Part shown: piece after piece, positions 35,781 to 48,576 of the stretch
How the letters are laid out: each line of letters starts with the position of its first letter
How positions within the stretch are numbered: the first letter of the stretch is position 1
Origin: Mobula hypostoma
Taxonomy: Eukaryota
DNA: 64,000 nucleotides
Direction of reading: 5' to 3'
Assembly (NCBI RefSeq): GCF_963921235.1
Contig: NC_086097.1
Span: forward strand, 182,406,001 to 182,470,000
Position numbers and translations under genes: made by a program
Notes under the pieces: model-generated
What the model was told of the DNA's origin: nothing
What the model saw: the letters and a program-made list of their open reading frames with translations, nothing else
Databases searched by the model: none

Positions 35781-36192
35781 AGAGCAGTTATAGTACTCAG
35801 AGTACACATGTGGTCAGCATACAATGGGAGGGATATGGTTGAGGGTAGAGAAGCTTGGTCTGTTTTCCTTGGAGCAGAGGATGCTGAGGGGGAATCTGAC
35901 TGAGGTGTGAAAAATCACAAGGGGCATAGATAGAGTAAATATTGGGAAAGTGTTCTGTGACAGAGGTTTCTGAAACCAGAGGACATCAGTTTAGGGTTGG
36001 GGTAAGAGCTTTCTCCCCCGACCACACTCCCTGAGGTAGTGAAGGGGTGGGGAGGCAGGGACTCCCACAGTGTTTGACACAACATTGGAATCAGCAGGAA
36101 GGACCGGGTTTTTCGATGGTCAGCATGATCATGATGGGCTGAAGGGCCTGTTGCTGTGCTTCATTACTCAGTAACTCTGTAAAATCAATCTC

Positions 36193-36198
36193 TTTATT
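36193..36198 (-). terminator. polyadenylation signal AATAAA of the IQCA1-like gene
   Basis: plus-strand tttatt about 50 nt downstream of the stop codon. Confidence 0.7.
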
Positions 36199-36248
36199 TC
36201 AGAATCTGTGCCATCCCAGGGCAGTGGTGACACTGGCTCCAAGGCCCC

Positions 36249-36356
36249 TCATCTCCTCTTCTTCTTCTCCTTCTCCGCCACCTCCTGCTCAGATTTCTCC
36301 TTCTCCCGACGGATCTTCAGAGCTGCCTTCATCAGGGGGGTCTTAGCAAACCAGTT
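36249..36356 (-). CDS. IQCA1L: IQCA1/DRC11-family terminal coding exon (NWFAKTPLMKAALKIRREKEKSEQEVAEKEKKKRR*)
   Basis: acceptor ccctag|AAC; NW.AKTPL motif; TGA at 36249-36251. Confidence 0.9.
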   Translation of the reverse strand, partial: NWFAKTPLMKAALKIRREKEKSEQEVAEKEKKKRR

Positions 36357-36699
36357 CTAGGGGAGCAGGGACACAGCATTAGTGATGGAGAGAGTGGGGG
36401 GAGGAGGGAGAGAAAGAGACAGGGAGAGTGAGGGAAAGAGGGGATGAGACAGAGAGAGGGGGAGAGAGGGAGAGAGGGGATGAGACAGAGCAAAAGAGAG
36501 AGGGAATGAGAGAGAGAGAGAAATAATATCTCTCCAGAACTCTTCTTCCTCCTGCATTAGTCCCACTCTCTCTCTCCAATTTCTCTCCCCGTCTCCATCT
36601 TTTCTCTCTCACCTATCTCTCCATCTCCCTTGTATTTTTCACCAATCACCCTGCTTCCTCCTCCCCTTCCATCTGACTATTTCTCCTCCTGCTCACCCT

Positions 36700-36965
36700 C
36701 TTGCCACCTCACCCCTCCCTCCCTCTCTATCTCTCTCCTCCCTCTCTCCCTCACTCTCTATCTCCCTCCCTCTCTCCCTCTCTCCCTCTCTCCCTCTCTC
36801 CCTCTCTCCCTCTCTCCCTCTCTCCCTCTCTCCCTCTCTCCCTCTCTCCCTCTCTCCCTCTCTCCCTCTCTCCCTCCCTCCCTCCCTCTCTCCTCCCTCT
36901 TTCTCTCCCTCCCTCCCTCTCTCCCTCCCTCCCTGTCTCTCTCCTCCCTCCCTCTCTCCCTCCTG
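36700..36965. repeat. CT-rich microsatellite (ctctccct units)
   Basis: near-pure pyrimidine tandem tract in the last intron of the IQCA1-like gene. Confidence 0.9.
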
Positions 36966-37076
36966 CTCTCACTCTATTCCGCTTGCACCCATTCCCTCCC
37001 TGTCCTCCTCTTCCCCCCTCCTCTATACCCGTCCCCCATCCACCACTTCCCTTACATTCCCCCCCCTCCCCCATAC

Positions 37077-37315
37077 CCTGAAGGCTTCGTCCTGGTCCAT
37101 GTAGATGGGAGTAATGCTGCTGAGGGTGCGGATGAAGCTGTTTGCAGTCAGGGGTGTGGGTGTCTGTGGCCGCAGTCGTTGGTCATTCAGCACAGTCTGC
37201 ACTGCCTGGACCAACTGTCCTGGGGTGTAACCATCCGAAATCCGGGCCAGGGAGCCGAGCTCCAGGGGGCTGCTCACTGCCGCTCCCTGTTGTTCCACCA
37301 GCTTCTTCCAGATCA
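37077..37315 (-). CDS. IQCA1L: IQCA1/DRC11-family exon, AAA lid (IWKKLVEQQG...LARISDGYTPGQLVQAV...PIYMDQDEAFR)
   Basis: acceptor ggcag|TG, donor AGG|gtatgg; 239 nt; LA..SDGYT.G lid motif. Confidence 0.93.
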
Positions 37316-38040
37316 CTGCCACGGGGTGGGGGGAAACGGCAGACAGTCAGAGCATGGCTCTCTCACAGAGCACGGCTACCCTGATGTCCACAACTGAAAA
37401 ACCCCTCCCCACACTCCTCAACCTCCCATTCCCACCCTCCCCGTCAGAGCACGGCACCCCAGAAGTCCTCCTCCCTCCTCCTCCCTCGCTACAGACCCCA
37501 CCCTACATGTGCGTCACCACCCAGGGACCCTGCTCCCCCAGACACCATATAAACCCCGTTCTCACATACCCCTGTCGGGGCATGTTTCTGCCCCTGCCTA
37601 GCCCAGCACCACAGCACCACCCAGGGCACCCACTCATCACGATGGCTCTGTAGGATCCTGGTCTGCCCACATCAGCCAGCTGGGTAACATCAACCCCCCA
37701 TCTCACGGCCATGGTATCTATAACACCCCCTTCCCAGACTCAGGGTGGGGGCGGTGGGCTGAGGAGCTCTGTTTCGTAATGGTGGGGCAGTGGGGGTCTC
37801 AGGAGATGAGGGAGGGTGGAAGGAGTGAGGAGGAGGACCTCACATTATCCCACCCCACAGCATACCACATCCCCTCACCCTCCTACTCATTCCCCCTTCC
37901 CCATCCCCCACCCCTCCTCTGATCCCATTCCTCTCCCCTAATTCCCCCTCTCCTCACCTCTCCCCACCTCTCCCCTACCCCACACCTTCCCCTGACCACT
38001 CCCCTTCCAGCCTCCCCCTTCTCCCGTGGGGGGCACTCAC

Positions 38041-38218
38041 GGATCCGGGAGGAGTAGTCCGGGCGGGGTATGGGGATGATGTGCTCGTACACCCGGAAGA
38101 AGGGTCGGGGTTCAGCGTCGAAGGGCCGCGGCGTGGTCCCGATCAGAAGCACTCTGTCCGCTGTCCCGATCCGTTTCAGCAGCTTTGGCAGCTCCTTCCT
38201 CAGGCGCTTTGGCTCCAG
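38041..38218 (-). CDS. IQCA1L: IQCA1/DRC11-family exon (LEPKRLRKELPKLLKRIGTADRVLLIGTTPRPFDAE...IPRPDYSSRI)
   Basis: acceptor aacag|CTG, donor C|gtgagt; 178 nt; PKRL.K.LP, GTT..PFDAE and PRPDY.SR motifs. Confidence 0.93.
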
Positions 38219-38534
38219 CTGTTCCCCAGAGGTGGGGGTCACTGTGGGCTCTGACAGGCTCCCATCCACTCCCCCCTCCAGCACCACCTACTGTCAAGTA
38301 TCACCCCACACCCCATACCCTCCCTGTTAACCAACACTTATACACCCCCACCCCACCATCTCCCATACATAGAGACACTGCCTCAGAGAACCCCCCCCCC
38401 CCAGTTTAATATCACTGGCATATGTTCTATTGCAGCAGCAGTACATGGCAGACAAAATAATAAAAAATATAAATTACACTAAGAAGTATATATAACTAAA
38501 TTGAATTAGTAGGGCAAAATGAGGGGAAAAACAA

Positions 38535-38566
<32 letters not shown>

Positions 38567-39099
38567 TGAGGTAGTGTTCATGGGTCATTGTCCATTCAGA
38601 ATCCACCACCGCTCCTTCTCCCAAACCCCAACAACCTTCCATACCAGGACTCTCCCTCACCCACTGTCCCTCAACCCAATCCCCACTATCTCTCACACCC
38701 TGACACTCCCACCCACCACCTCCCACCCCTAGTGGCACTTCATGACGCACCTTTCTCACCAGCCCTCCACCCCGTTAATCCTCTCACCCTTCTCTGACTA
38801 CCTTCTGCACCTTCCCTCCAGCTCTCTGACCTGCCCTGTGGCAAGTTCCATTCATCCATTCCTGTGTGTGGGAAGTCTCTCCCCACCCCTCAGCCTTTGC
38901 CCCAGGAATCTCCTGTCTCAGAGTGAAAACCCCCATCCCCACAACCATTCGGGGACCCACCCTTCACAGTGTCAGTGGGGCTGAGAATGGGTCATTTGTC
39001 CTACCCACTCAATCCGCCTCTGCCCACTCATTGCCCCCTCCAATTACTGCAACCCTCACCCACTGCACGTTTCTGACCAGATCCCTGCAGTTCCTGCCC

Positions 39100-39565
39100 T
39101 GTTACAGGAAGTGTGTGGGGCTTTGGAGAGAGTGCAGAGGAGGTTCACCAGGATGCTGCCTGGATTAGAGAGCACGATCTATAGGGGGAGGTTGGACACA
39201 CTTGGGCTGTTCACTCTGAAGCAGCTGAGGCAGAGGGGAGGCTTGATAGAGATTAATAAAATTAGAGAAGCAGAGATAAAGGAGACTACCTGTGTCTTTT
39301 CCCTTGGGTTGAAATGCTAGAGGGCCTCTGTTTGAGGTGAGAGATGTGTGGGGTATGTTTCTGGAATGCTGTGCCAGGAGTGGTGGTGGGGGTAGATATG
39401 ACAGAGGTGTTTAAGAGGCTGTTACATAGGCAGGGGAATGTGCAGGAATGGAAGGACATGGACATCGTGTGCGCGGAAGGGATTGGTTTAGTTGGGGATT
39501 TCAATACCAATTTAGTTACTACCTTTGTTAGGGCCTGTTCTTGTGGTGTACTGTTCTATGTTTGA
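39100..39565 (+). mobile_element. CR1 3' fragment
   Basis: ALERVQRRFTRMLPGLE...GGLIEINKI; tail ctgttctatgtt. Confidence 0.85.
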
Positions 39566-41367
39566 TGTTTTCTGAATGTCCACGCACCTGAACGATTGTC
39601 TCACAATTGGCTCTTCTCCCTACACTGTAACCACCCCACCACTACACTGTCACCATTGAACTCTGTTTTGTATATTGGGATCCAGGCTGCCCTGGCCTGC
39701 AGATTTATCCACGGTGAGAGGTGGATGTTCCCTACACTCGCCGCCTCTCGGTCCTCACCCCCTCCATGGTTTCCAGCCTCCTGATGCTCTGCCAGCTCCT
39801 TCCCCCTGTGTGGCCGTTGGCGTGTCCCTGTTCCCTGGTCAGTCCCACCTGCTGCTCTCCAATGACGTGCTGTCACTGTGTGGTGTCATCTTCCCCCCAC
39901 TCCCAGCTCCTCCTCTCTATCGCATTCAGCCAGGCTTCCTCTGATCTGTCTCCTACAGTCTCACATCATTCTCTGTCCTAACGAGCCTGCCCATCCCCAG
40001 TGAGAATGTTCTCAGCCCGACTGTGAGAATCTCCCACAAGCTCCTCTGTCACCTCAGCCTCTCTCAGTGATGCAAGTAGCTCTCTGGTTCAGTACTGATG
40101 CTGAATGGAGACAGACAGATGGAGAGAGGGAGAGAGAGAATGGGAATGTATGGGATGGTGGAGAGATGTGAATGAGGGCTGTGGTGGGGTGTGGTGAAGA
40201 ACAGGGACTGGGGGGGTGGGAGGGTTCATGGTGGGGATGTTGCCTCCCATAGGTACAAGGGTGGAGAGGTACCCTCCAACAGGGCCTGAGGTGAGGGTAG
40301 GGAAAAGTGCCCTCCGTCAGTGACTGGATGTTGGGGTTGGGGGAGTTCCCTTCTAAAGGGATGGGGTGGCATGGGAGTCCACTCCCCAGGAACATGGTGG
40401 GGGGATTGGGAAGAAGTCCCTTTCCACAGCAATGGGTGATTGTGTGGTCTTGGTATGACTGGGAATGATGGAGCGGGAGGAGGATATTCAGCTCTGCTCT
40501 AGCTGGTCTTGCCCCCCTCAGCACTGGTTTCCTGCTCTCAGCCACCCCTCGACACCCTGCCCAGCCCCAGCGGCCCTGCCAAGCCTCTGCAGTTCCTCCA
40601 GCTGAATCCACAATTGGAGAGAGTGCTGTTCTGGACCCCCTCAGCCCTCCCCGGTCTGGTTGTATGTGTGTGGAGGGAAATGTTGTGTTTCCACTGTCAC
40701 CCAAAATCCCATCCCAGGAACCACACTTCCCCACTCATAAACAGCCACTCATTCCCAGGACACCTGGACCGCTGACAGGGCAGTGGCTGATGGGGAGGCT
40801 GGACAGGTACAAGGGATTAGGTCAGGGCTCTGAAGGTAACAAGGGAGAGGGAGAGTGGGAGGGTGGGGGAGATGGAGGCAAAGGGATGGAGGGGAGGAGT
40901 AAGAGAGGGGAAGTAGAAAGGGAGAAGTGGAAGGGAGAGAGGAGGGGTGGGTAAAGGCAGGGTGGAATGGTGGGTGAGGGAGGTGAGTGAAAAATGGAGG
41001 GGAGGGAGGGAGGAGAGGGTAGGTACGGATGGAGAGGAGTGAGGGATGTAGTGAGATGATGGAGGGGAGGAGTGAGGGTTAAGGGGAGTGAGGGTTGGAG
41101 GGGAGGAGTGGAAGGTGGAGGGGCAGGGAGAGGGGAGTAATGAGAGTGTGGAGAGAGAGAAAAGGGTGAAGGAGGGAGAGAGCGTGCGGGGAGGAGGGGA
41201 GAGGGAAAGTTTGGGTGGGGAGGAGGAAGAAGGGGAGGGAGGAGAGGAGGGGAAGGAGGGACATAGGGAGGAAGGAGAGGAGGGGAGAGAGAAGGTGGGG
41301 AGGAGCGGAAAGAGGGACAGAGGGAGAGAAGGAGGCTGCTCTGGGCCTGGGCCTGAGCTGGACTTAC

Positions 41368-41454
41368 CGCCCTCTCCTCTTTGCTCACTTTCTTGAGGAA
41401 CGTTTTCTCTGCATCATCAATCCACAGGACTGAAGGTTGCAGCAGCTTCGCCAC
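41368..41454 (-). CDS. IQCA1L: IQCA1/DRC11-family exon, Walker B region (VAKLLQPSVLWIDDAEKTFLKKVSKEERA)
   Basis: acceptor cagtag|GTG, donor GCG|gtaagt; 87 nt. Confidence 0.92.
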
Positions 41455-41553
41455 CTACTGGGGCCAGAGCACAGCAGCTAGTCATTCAGCCTGTCATACA
41501 TATGCTATCCCAGTCAGCGTGCGTGTGTACACACAGTCTCACACACACACGTA

Positions 41554-41556
<3 letters not shown>

Positions 41557-41597
<41 letters not shown>
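41557..41597. repeat. (AC)n microsatellite, about 20 units
   Basis: pure acacac run. Confidence 0.95.
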
Positions 41598-41601
<4 letters not shown>

Positions 41602-42221
41602 ACTGGTACTGGGTCAGTCCCTTGCCCCCACCATTTAAAGTGGCCCAGGCACCCTCCGCCTCAGCCCCATTCCCCAACACAGACAACAATCTTGGCTCCT
41701 CCAGTTTATCCCCACAGGAGTGTCTGCACTCCCAGTAAAGTCCTGCTGGATCCCTGTCCCCTCTGTAAATCCATGTCCCCTTTCTGATATGGTCCCAAAG
41801 GTGAATCTCTGTAGCTCATGCGAATCCATGTTCCTTCTCCGGTACAATCCCACTTCTCCATTGGGGCAGTGACTGAGGCAGTGTTTTCTTTCGGAACTGC
41901 ACACATTCCCATCCTGTCCTGTTACCCTCTGATCAGACCCAGGTTCTCCCATTTCCTCTCAGGTTGTGGTTGTCACCCTGTCCCCGTCCTTCCAAGCTCT
42001 GGAAGTTTTCCTGGCCCTGTCTGATACTTCGCAGGGAATGTTCTCGGCTGGAAGTGGAGGAGCTATCAGGCAGAGAAGGGCTGAGTGGCCCACCCATTCT
42101 GTTTTATCAACATTGAATGTGACAGCACACCAATCTCTCCCCACCTCCCCATCACCTTCCTTACCCTCACTTTCTTATGTCCTTCTCACTAGGTTCTACC
42201 TTCCCTTCACCTCTGCCCCTA

Positions 42222-42566
<345 letters not shown>

Positions 42567-42569
42567 TCA

Positions 42570-43757
42570 CAGGGCGGTGTCCTGTCTGTTTACCTGTCAT
42601 CCTAGTGCAGACCCTGTCTGTTCACCTGTCATCCTGATACAGACAGTTCAACTGTAACACTGATTCAGATGCAGTCCTTTCAGCTGTAACTCTGTTACAG
42701 ACCCAATCTGTTCACCTGTAATCCTGGTACAGACCCACTCAATTCACCTGTAATCTTTATACCGACCTTGTCAGTTCACCTGTAATCTTTATACCGACCC
42801 AGTCAGTTCACCTGTAATCTTTAGACAGACCCAGTCAATCTCTTGTAATTCTGATGCAGACCCAGTCCCTTCACCTGTAAGCCTGTTACAGAACCAATCT
42901 GTTCACCTGTATCCTGAAACAGACCCAGTCCCTTCACCTGTAATCCTGACACAGACTCAGTCAGTTCACTTATAATCCTGATACAGATCCTGTTAGTTCG
43001 CTTGTAATCCTGGTAGAGAGCCAGCCCCTTCACCTGGAATAGTGATACAGACTCAGTCAGTTCACCTGTAATACTGATACAGTACAGACCCAGTCAGTTC
43101 ACCTGTAATACTGATACAGACCTAGTCTTTTCACCTGTAATCCTCATACAGTCCCTGTCTGTTCACTTGTAATCCTGATACAGACCCAGTCAATTCACCG
43201 ATAATCCTGATACAGACCCAGTTAGTTCACCTGTAATCCTGGTACAGACCCAGTCAGTTCACTTGTAATTCTGATGCAGACCCAGTCCCTTCACCTGTAA
43301 TCCCGTTACAAACCCAGTCAGTTCACCTGTAATCCTAGTACAGACCCAGTCAGTTCACCTGTAATCCTAGTACAGACCCAGTCAGTTCACCAGTAATCCT
43401 GATACAGACCCAGTCAGTTCACCTGTACTCCTAGTACAGATCCAGTTAGTTCACTTGTAGTCCCTTCACCTATAGCCCTGATACAGACCCAGTCCCTTCA
43501 CCTGTAATCCTGATACAAACCCAGTCAATTCACCTGTAATCCTGGTACAGACCCAGTCAGTTCACCAATAATCCTGATAGAGATCCAGTCAGTTCACCAG
43601 TAATCTTGGTACAGACGCAGTTAGTTTATTTGTAATCCTGATACAGACCCAGTCCCTTCATCTATAATCCTGATACAGTCCCTGTCTGTTCACTTGTCAT
43701 CCTGGTACAGACCCAGTCAGTTCACCTGTCACCTTGATGCAGACTCATTCCTTTCAA
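42570..43757. repeat. minisatellite, ~32 bp unit (acagacccagtcagttcacctgtaatcctgat)
   Basis: about 35 imperfect tandem units; orphan units at ~44715-44780 and ~46430-46505. Confidence 0.93.
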
Positions 43758-45366
43758 GCTGATGAAGGAAAGACAGTGGATGTTGTTTGCGTGGATCGGT
43801 GATGAGTCTGTTGTTGTTTGCCAACCCTGTCAATGTGGATGATAATGTAAAATGGGTCAGCAAACCTGCGGATGAGACATTGGGGAAGGTAGTGGGATCT
43901 GGATCAGCTGGAAAAATGGGCTGAAAATTTTAATGCAGGTAAGTGTGAGTTGTTGCATTTTGGGAGGACAAACCAGGGTAGGATTTGCACAGTGACTGGT
44001 AAGGCACTGAGGAGTGTGGTAGGACAGAGGAATCTGGGAATACAGACACGTTAGTTCTTTTTAAGTGGCATCACAGGTAGATAGAAACTGCACATAGGGT
44101 TGTAAAGAGAGCACATTGGCTTTCATAAATCAGAATATTGCATACAGGAGTTGGGATGTTATGTTGAAGTTGTTTGAAATGTTGTGAAGGCCTAATTTAG
44201 AGTATTGTGTGCAGTTCTGGTCACCTACTTACAGGAAAGATGCAAATACATTTGAAAGAATGCAGAGAAATTTGGCAAGGATGTCACTGGGACTTGAGGA
44301 CCCAAGTTACAGGGGGAGGTTGAACAGGTTCAGACTTTATTCCCTGGAGCACAGGAGGATGAGAGGAGATTTGGTAGAGGTATATAAAATTATGAGGGTT
44401 ATTAAAAGTATAAATGCAAGCAGGCTTTTTACCCCACTGATTTTGGACAAGTCTAGAACTAGAGGTCATAGGTTAAGGGTGAAATGTTTAAAGGGAATCT
44501 GAGTGGGATTTCTTTACTCAGAGGGTGGTGCGAGCATGGATTGAGCTGCCAGTGGAAGTGGATGCAGGTTCAATTGCAACACTTAAGAGAAATTTGGGTA
44601 AGTACATGGATATGAGGAGTATGGAGGGATATGGTCCAGGTGGGGTCAATGGGACTAGCTGAATAACAGTTTGGCAAGGAGTAGATGGAGCGTAGTGCTC
44701 TATGATTCTATGACCTATAACCCTGATACAGACCAAATGGTTTGACATGTAATGCTGATACAGACCCAGTCCCTTCACCTTGATGAAGGAAGGACAGTGA
44801 ATGTTGTCTACATGGACTTTAGTAAGGCCTTTGACGAAGTCCCACATGGGAGGCTGGTCATGAAGGTTCAGATGGCATTCAGGATGAGATATTAAATTGG
44901 AATGAGCATTAGCTTTGTGGGGGTAGCCAGAAAGTTGGGGATGATGTTTTACTCTCTGACTGGAGGCCTGTGACTAGTGGTGTGCCATACTGATTGATTC
45001 TGGGTCTGTTCATCATTTGTATCAACGATTGGGATGATAATGTGGTAAAATGGATTGATAAGTTTGCGGATGACACCAAGAATGGGGGCGTAGTGGACAG
45101 CGAGGAAGGCTATCAAAACTTGAAGTAGGATCTGGACCAGCAGAAAAAATGGCAGATGGAATTTAATGCAGATAAGGTGTTGCATTTTGGTCGGACAAAT
45201 CGGGGTAGGACTTACACAGTGAATAGTAGGGCACTGAGGTGCATGGTAGATCAGAGAGATCTGGGAACACAGTGATTTCACAGGTAGATAGGATCGTAAA
45301 GAGAGCATTGCTTTCATAAGCTTCCGTTGCTTTCACATTAGCTTTCATAAATCAGAGTATTGAGTA

Positions 45367-45496
45367 CATGAGATTCTGCAAATGCTTGAAATCCAGAGCA
45401 ACACACACAAAACGCTGGAGGAATTCAGAGTGTCAGACAACATCTATAGAAAGGAATAAACAGTCGACATTTTGGGCCGAGACCTTTCATCAGGAC
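45367..45496 (-). mobile_element. 130-bp Penelope-like tail beginning at hammerhead stem I; 9-bp TSD TATTGAGTA
   Basis: TSD at 45358-45366 and 45497-45505; reverse complement starts gtcCTGATGAaaggtctcggcccaaaatgtcgactg. Confidence 0.82.
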
Positions 45497-45742
45497 TATT
45501 GAGTAGAGGAGCTGGTATGGTGTGCTGAAATTGTACAAGACGTTGGTGAGGCCAAATTTGGATTGTTGTCTGCAGTTTTAATCACCTATGTATAGTAAAG
45601 GTATCAATAAGATTGAAAGAGTGTAGAGAACATTTATAAGAACGTTGCTGGGACTTGACCTGAGTTATAAGGAAAGGTTGAATAGGTTAGTACTTTATTT
45701 CCCTGAAGTGTAGGAGAATGAGGGGCGATCTAATAAAGGTAT

Positions 45743-46122
45743 CATCATCATCATTATGTGCAGTATTGTATGTCATGGGTGATCAGGGTCTTATCCGTGA
45801 CCATGATTGTTCTTGGCAAATTTCTCTGCAGAGTTTGCCATTGTTCCAGTTCTGGGCAGTGTCTTTATAAGACAGGTGACCCAAGTCATTGTCAATACTC
45901 TTCAGAGATTGTCCACCTGGCATTGGCGGTGGTGTAATAAGGAATTGTGATGTGCACCAGCTGCTCAAACGACCATCCACCACCTGCTCCTTTGCTTCAT
46001 GTGACCCTGATTGGGGAGCTAAGCAGGTGCTACACCTTGCCCAAGGGTGGCCTGCAGCCTAGCAGAAGAAAAGAACACCTTACACCTCCTTTGATAGAGA
46101 TGTATGTCCACCTGCCACCCAG
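45743..46122 (-). mobile_element. short non-autonomous retroelement with (GAT)n tail, probably RTE-mobilised; 10-bp TSD ATAAAGGTAT
   Basis: TSD at 45733-45742 and 46123-46132; (atc)n on the plus strand at the left end; inserted in CR1. Confidence 0.7.
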
Positions 46123-47205
46123 ATAAAGGTATAGAAAGTGTAAATTCAAGCAGGCTTTTCCCACTGTTATTAGGCAACACTAGTAGAGGTCATAGGTGGG
46201 TGAAAGGTGAAATAGTTAAGTGGGACCTGAGAGGGAACTCTTTAGTCAGAGGGTGATGCGGGTTTGAATGCAACTGTATCAGAGAAGTTTAGATAAGTAC
46301 ATGGATGGGAGGGGTATGGTGGGATATGGTCGAGGAGGGCGTCAATGGGATCAGGCAGAACAGTGCTTTGGCATGGACTCGATGGGCTGAACAGCTTATT
46401 TCTGTGCTGTAGTGCTCTGTGGTTCTAAGACCTGCAACCCTGATACAGACCCAATCCGTTCACCTGTAACTGGTACAGTCCGAAGATGTAACCCAGATAC
46501 AGACAGAGGAGGAGGTAATTGAGGGGGGTGGAGACAGAAGATGGGGTGTGGGGGTGGGATGATGAGGTACTTCAGCTAGTGATCTAGGTTAGACCAAGTC
46601 TGCTGCTATATCATTTCCAAAATCTCCCCTAACCTCGTAGACCCACACCAATATCCCCCTGCACCATACGCTGGAGAGGGGATCCTGTGCCCAGATGATG
46701 TTACCGGGATTATCTGCGTTTATGGATATGGATTTAGACTATGGACATTTTTTATCTGTTTTACAGTTTTTATATTGTGCTTTTGCCCATTCTTTCTTGT
46801 TTCCTTGGTGCAGGGGAGGGGATTTCGGGGTCGATATTCTTGTCGTGTTTTGTATAGGGGGAGGGGAATTTGAAGGATGATGTTCTTGTTGTATTTCGTG
46901 CAGGGGAGAGGGTTTGGGGATTGATAATCATGTTGTCATTCTTTTATGTGCGGGCTGGGGATGGCGGGTTTGCTGTTTCTCTCTGAACTGACTTCCATGG
47001 TTTTTCTCGGTTTCATGGCTATCTGGAACAGAAAAATCTCAGAGTTGTATACTGCCTTACACTTTGATAATAAATGAACCTTCGAAACTTTTTTTCTGAA
47101 CCTTTGATCTCCCTCAGCCCTTCCATCCCCATCGCGTCACCCCACCCCTCACAAGCTCCCACACCCTCCCCTCACCCCACAGCTGTCTGCGCTGTTCCCA
47201 CTCAC

Positions 47206-47313
47206 CCAGCGGCAAGATGGCATACGTGGTGATGATCTGCCGGATGTCGCAAAGCGAGGGCTGAGGCTCAATGTCGGCGGCCAGCAAAGAACTGCCGAGG
47301 TAACCAAAGTCTC
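47206..47313 (-). CDS. IQCA1L: IQCA1/DRC11-family exon (DFGYLGSSLLAADIEPQPSLCDIRQIITTYAILPL)
   Basis: acceptor cccacag|GA, donor G|gtgagt; 108 nt; YLG..L....IEP.PSL.D.RQ motif. Confidence 0.9.
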
Positions 47314-47607
47314 CTGTGGGATGGAGTGCCTCAGTCAGCAGTGCGTAGACAGGGGCTTCGTAGGGAGGGAGGATTTGAGGGAGTAGGTGGGGAATGTGGG
47401 GCTGGGGGATGGTGGGGGAGAAGGCAAGGGTTTGGGTTGATAGACAGTGTCATCCATCGCGGTCTGGAACAATTTGGTTTCTCGTTGCCGGGGTTTAGAG
47501 GTCAGGTGTCTGATGGTTTAGGTCAGGGGTCAGAGTGCAGATGAGGAAGTATCAGGCGAGGGGGTGGGGTTGGGGGGGTCATGCGTGGATGCACCAGCTT
47601 CACTCAC

Positions 47608-47690
47608 CCAGATAGTTGGAGAGACGGACATGGGGCGCGGTTTTCAGCAGTCCTTGCTTGATCAGCTCGTCACACAGTGAGGACAGGGTC
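47608..47690 (-). CDS. IQCA1L: IQCA1/DRC11-family exon (TLSSLCDELIKQGLLKTAPHVRLSNYL)
   Basis: acceptor cccttag|G, donor G|gtgagt; 83 nt, phase 2 to 1. Confidence 0.88.
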
Positions 47691-47709
47691 CTAAGGGACA
47701 CATACGGCT

Positions 47710-48045
47710 CACAGCATAGCCGAACGTGAAACCCATAGCCCAATGTGAAATCCCGACAGCATAGCCCAACGTGAAACCCCAACAGCATAGTCCAAGGTGA
47801 AACCCCAAAAGCATAGCCCAACGTGAAACCCCAACAGCATAGCCCAACGTGAACCCCCAACAGCATAGTCCAACCTGAAACCCCAACAGCATTGCCCAAT
47901 GTGAACCCCCAACAGCAAAGCCCAATGTGAAACCCAACAGCATAGCCTAATGTGAACCCTCAACAGCATAGCCCAACGTGAAACCCCAACAGCATAGCCC
48001 AACGTGAAACCCCAAAAGGATAGCCCAATGTGAAATCCCAGCATG
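47710..48045. repeat. ~28 bp minisatellite (ccaacagcatagcccaacgtgaaacc) abutting an exon acceptor
   Basis: about 12 imperfect units. Confidence 0.92.
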
Positions 48046-48576
48046 AATTTTGAAAATCAAAAGCATTTTACATTATAGCCTAGAGAGGGTAACTAGGAAA
48101 AGAGTGAGATCTGTTTGGGACAAGAGGAATGGAAAATCTTCTGAGGGACAGCATTATTCTGCACTTGGACAGGCTAGAATTAATCATAGATAGCAGACAT
48201 TTTAAAGTTCAATGTAAATTTATGATCAAAGTACATATATGTCATCATATACTACCCTGAGATCCATTTTCTTTAGGACATTCACAGTAAATAGAAAGAA
48301 ACACAACAGAATCTATGAAAAACCACACACAACAGAGACGGACAAGCAACCAATGTGCAAAAGGCAACAAACTGTCCTTAAAAGTGAGTCCATACGCTGT
48401 GGAATCAGTTCACTGTTGTGGTGATTGAAGTTATCCCCTCTCGTGGAAGAGACTGACAGTTGAGGGGTAATTTGTTAGAGGTGATTCTCCTGACCAATTT
48501 GATAGAATTCTTTTCAAGAAGATAATGAAATGTGCAGTGTAGATATGGTCCAAATGGACTTTGGCAAGGCTTTTAG

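Larger units (their letters stand above)
43760..46430 (+). mobile_element. two tandem CR1 3' fragments (43760-44712 and 44781-46430), the second with nested insertions
   Basis: both begin tgatgaaggaa.gacagtg.atgttgt and end gtagtgctct.tg.ttcta; QFWSPTYRKD...RGDLVEVYKIMR. Confidence 0.85.

Noticed and set aside
36630..37397. 255-aa plus-strand ORF
   Set aside because: It consists of a CT microsatellite plus the antisense of a real exon.
39560..42060. Possible nested gene or extra exons in non-repetitive intronic sequence
   Set aside because: Candidate AG/GT-bounded segments hit stops or show no recognisable protein similarity, and the IQCA1-like frame is complete without them.
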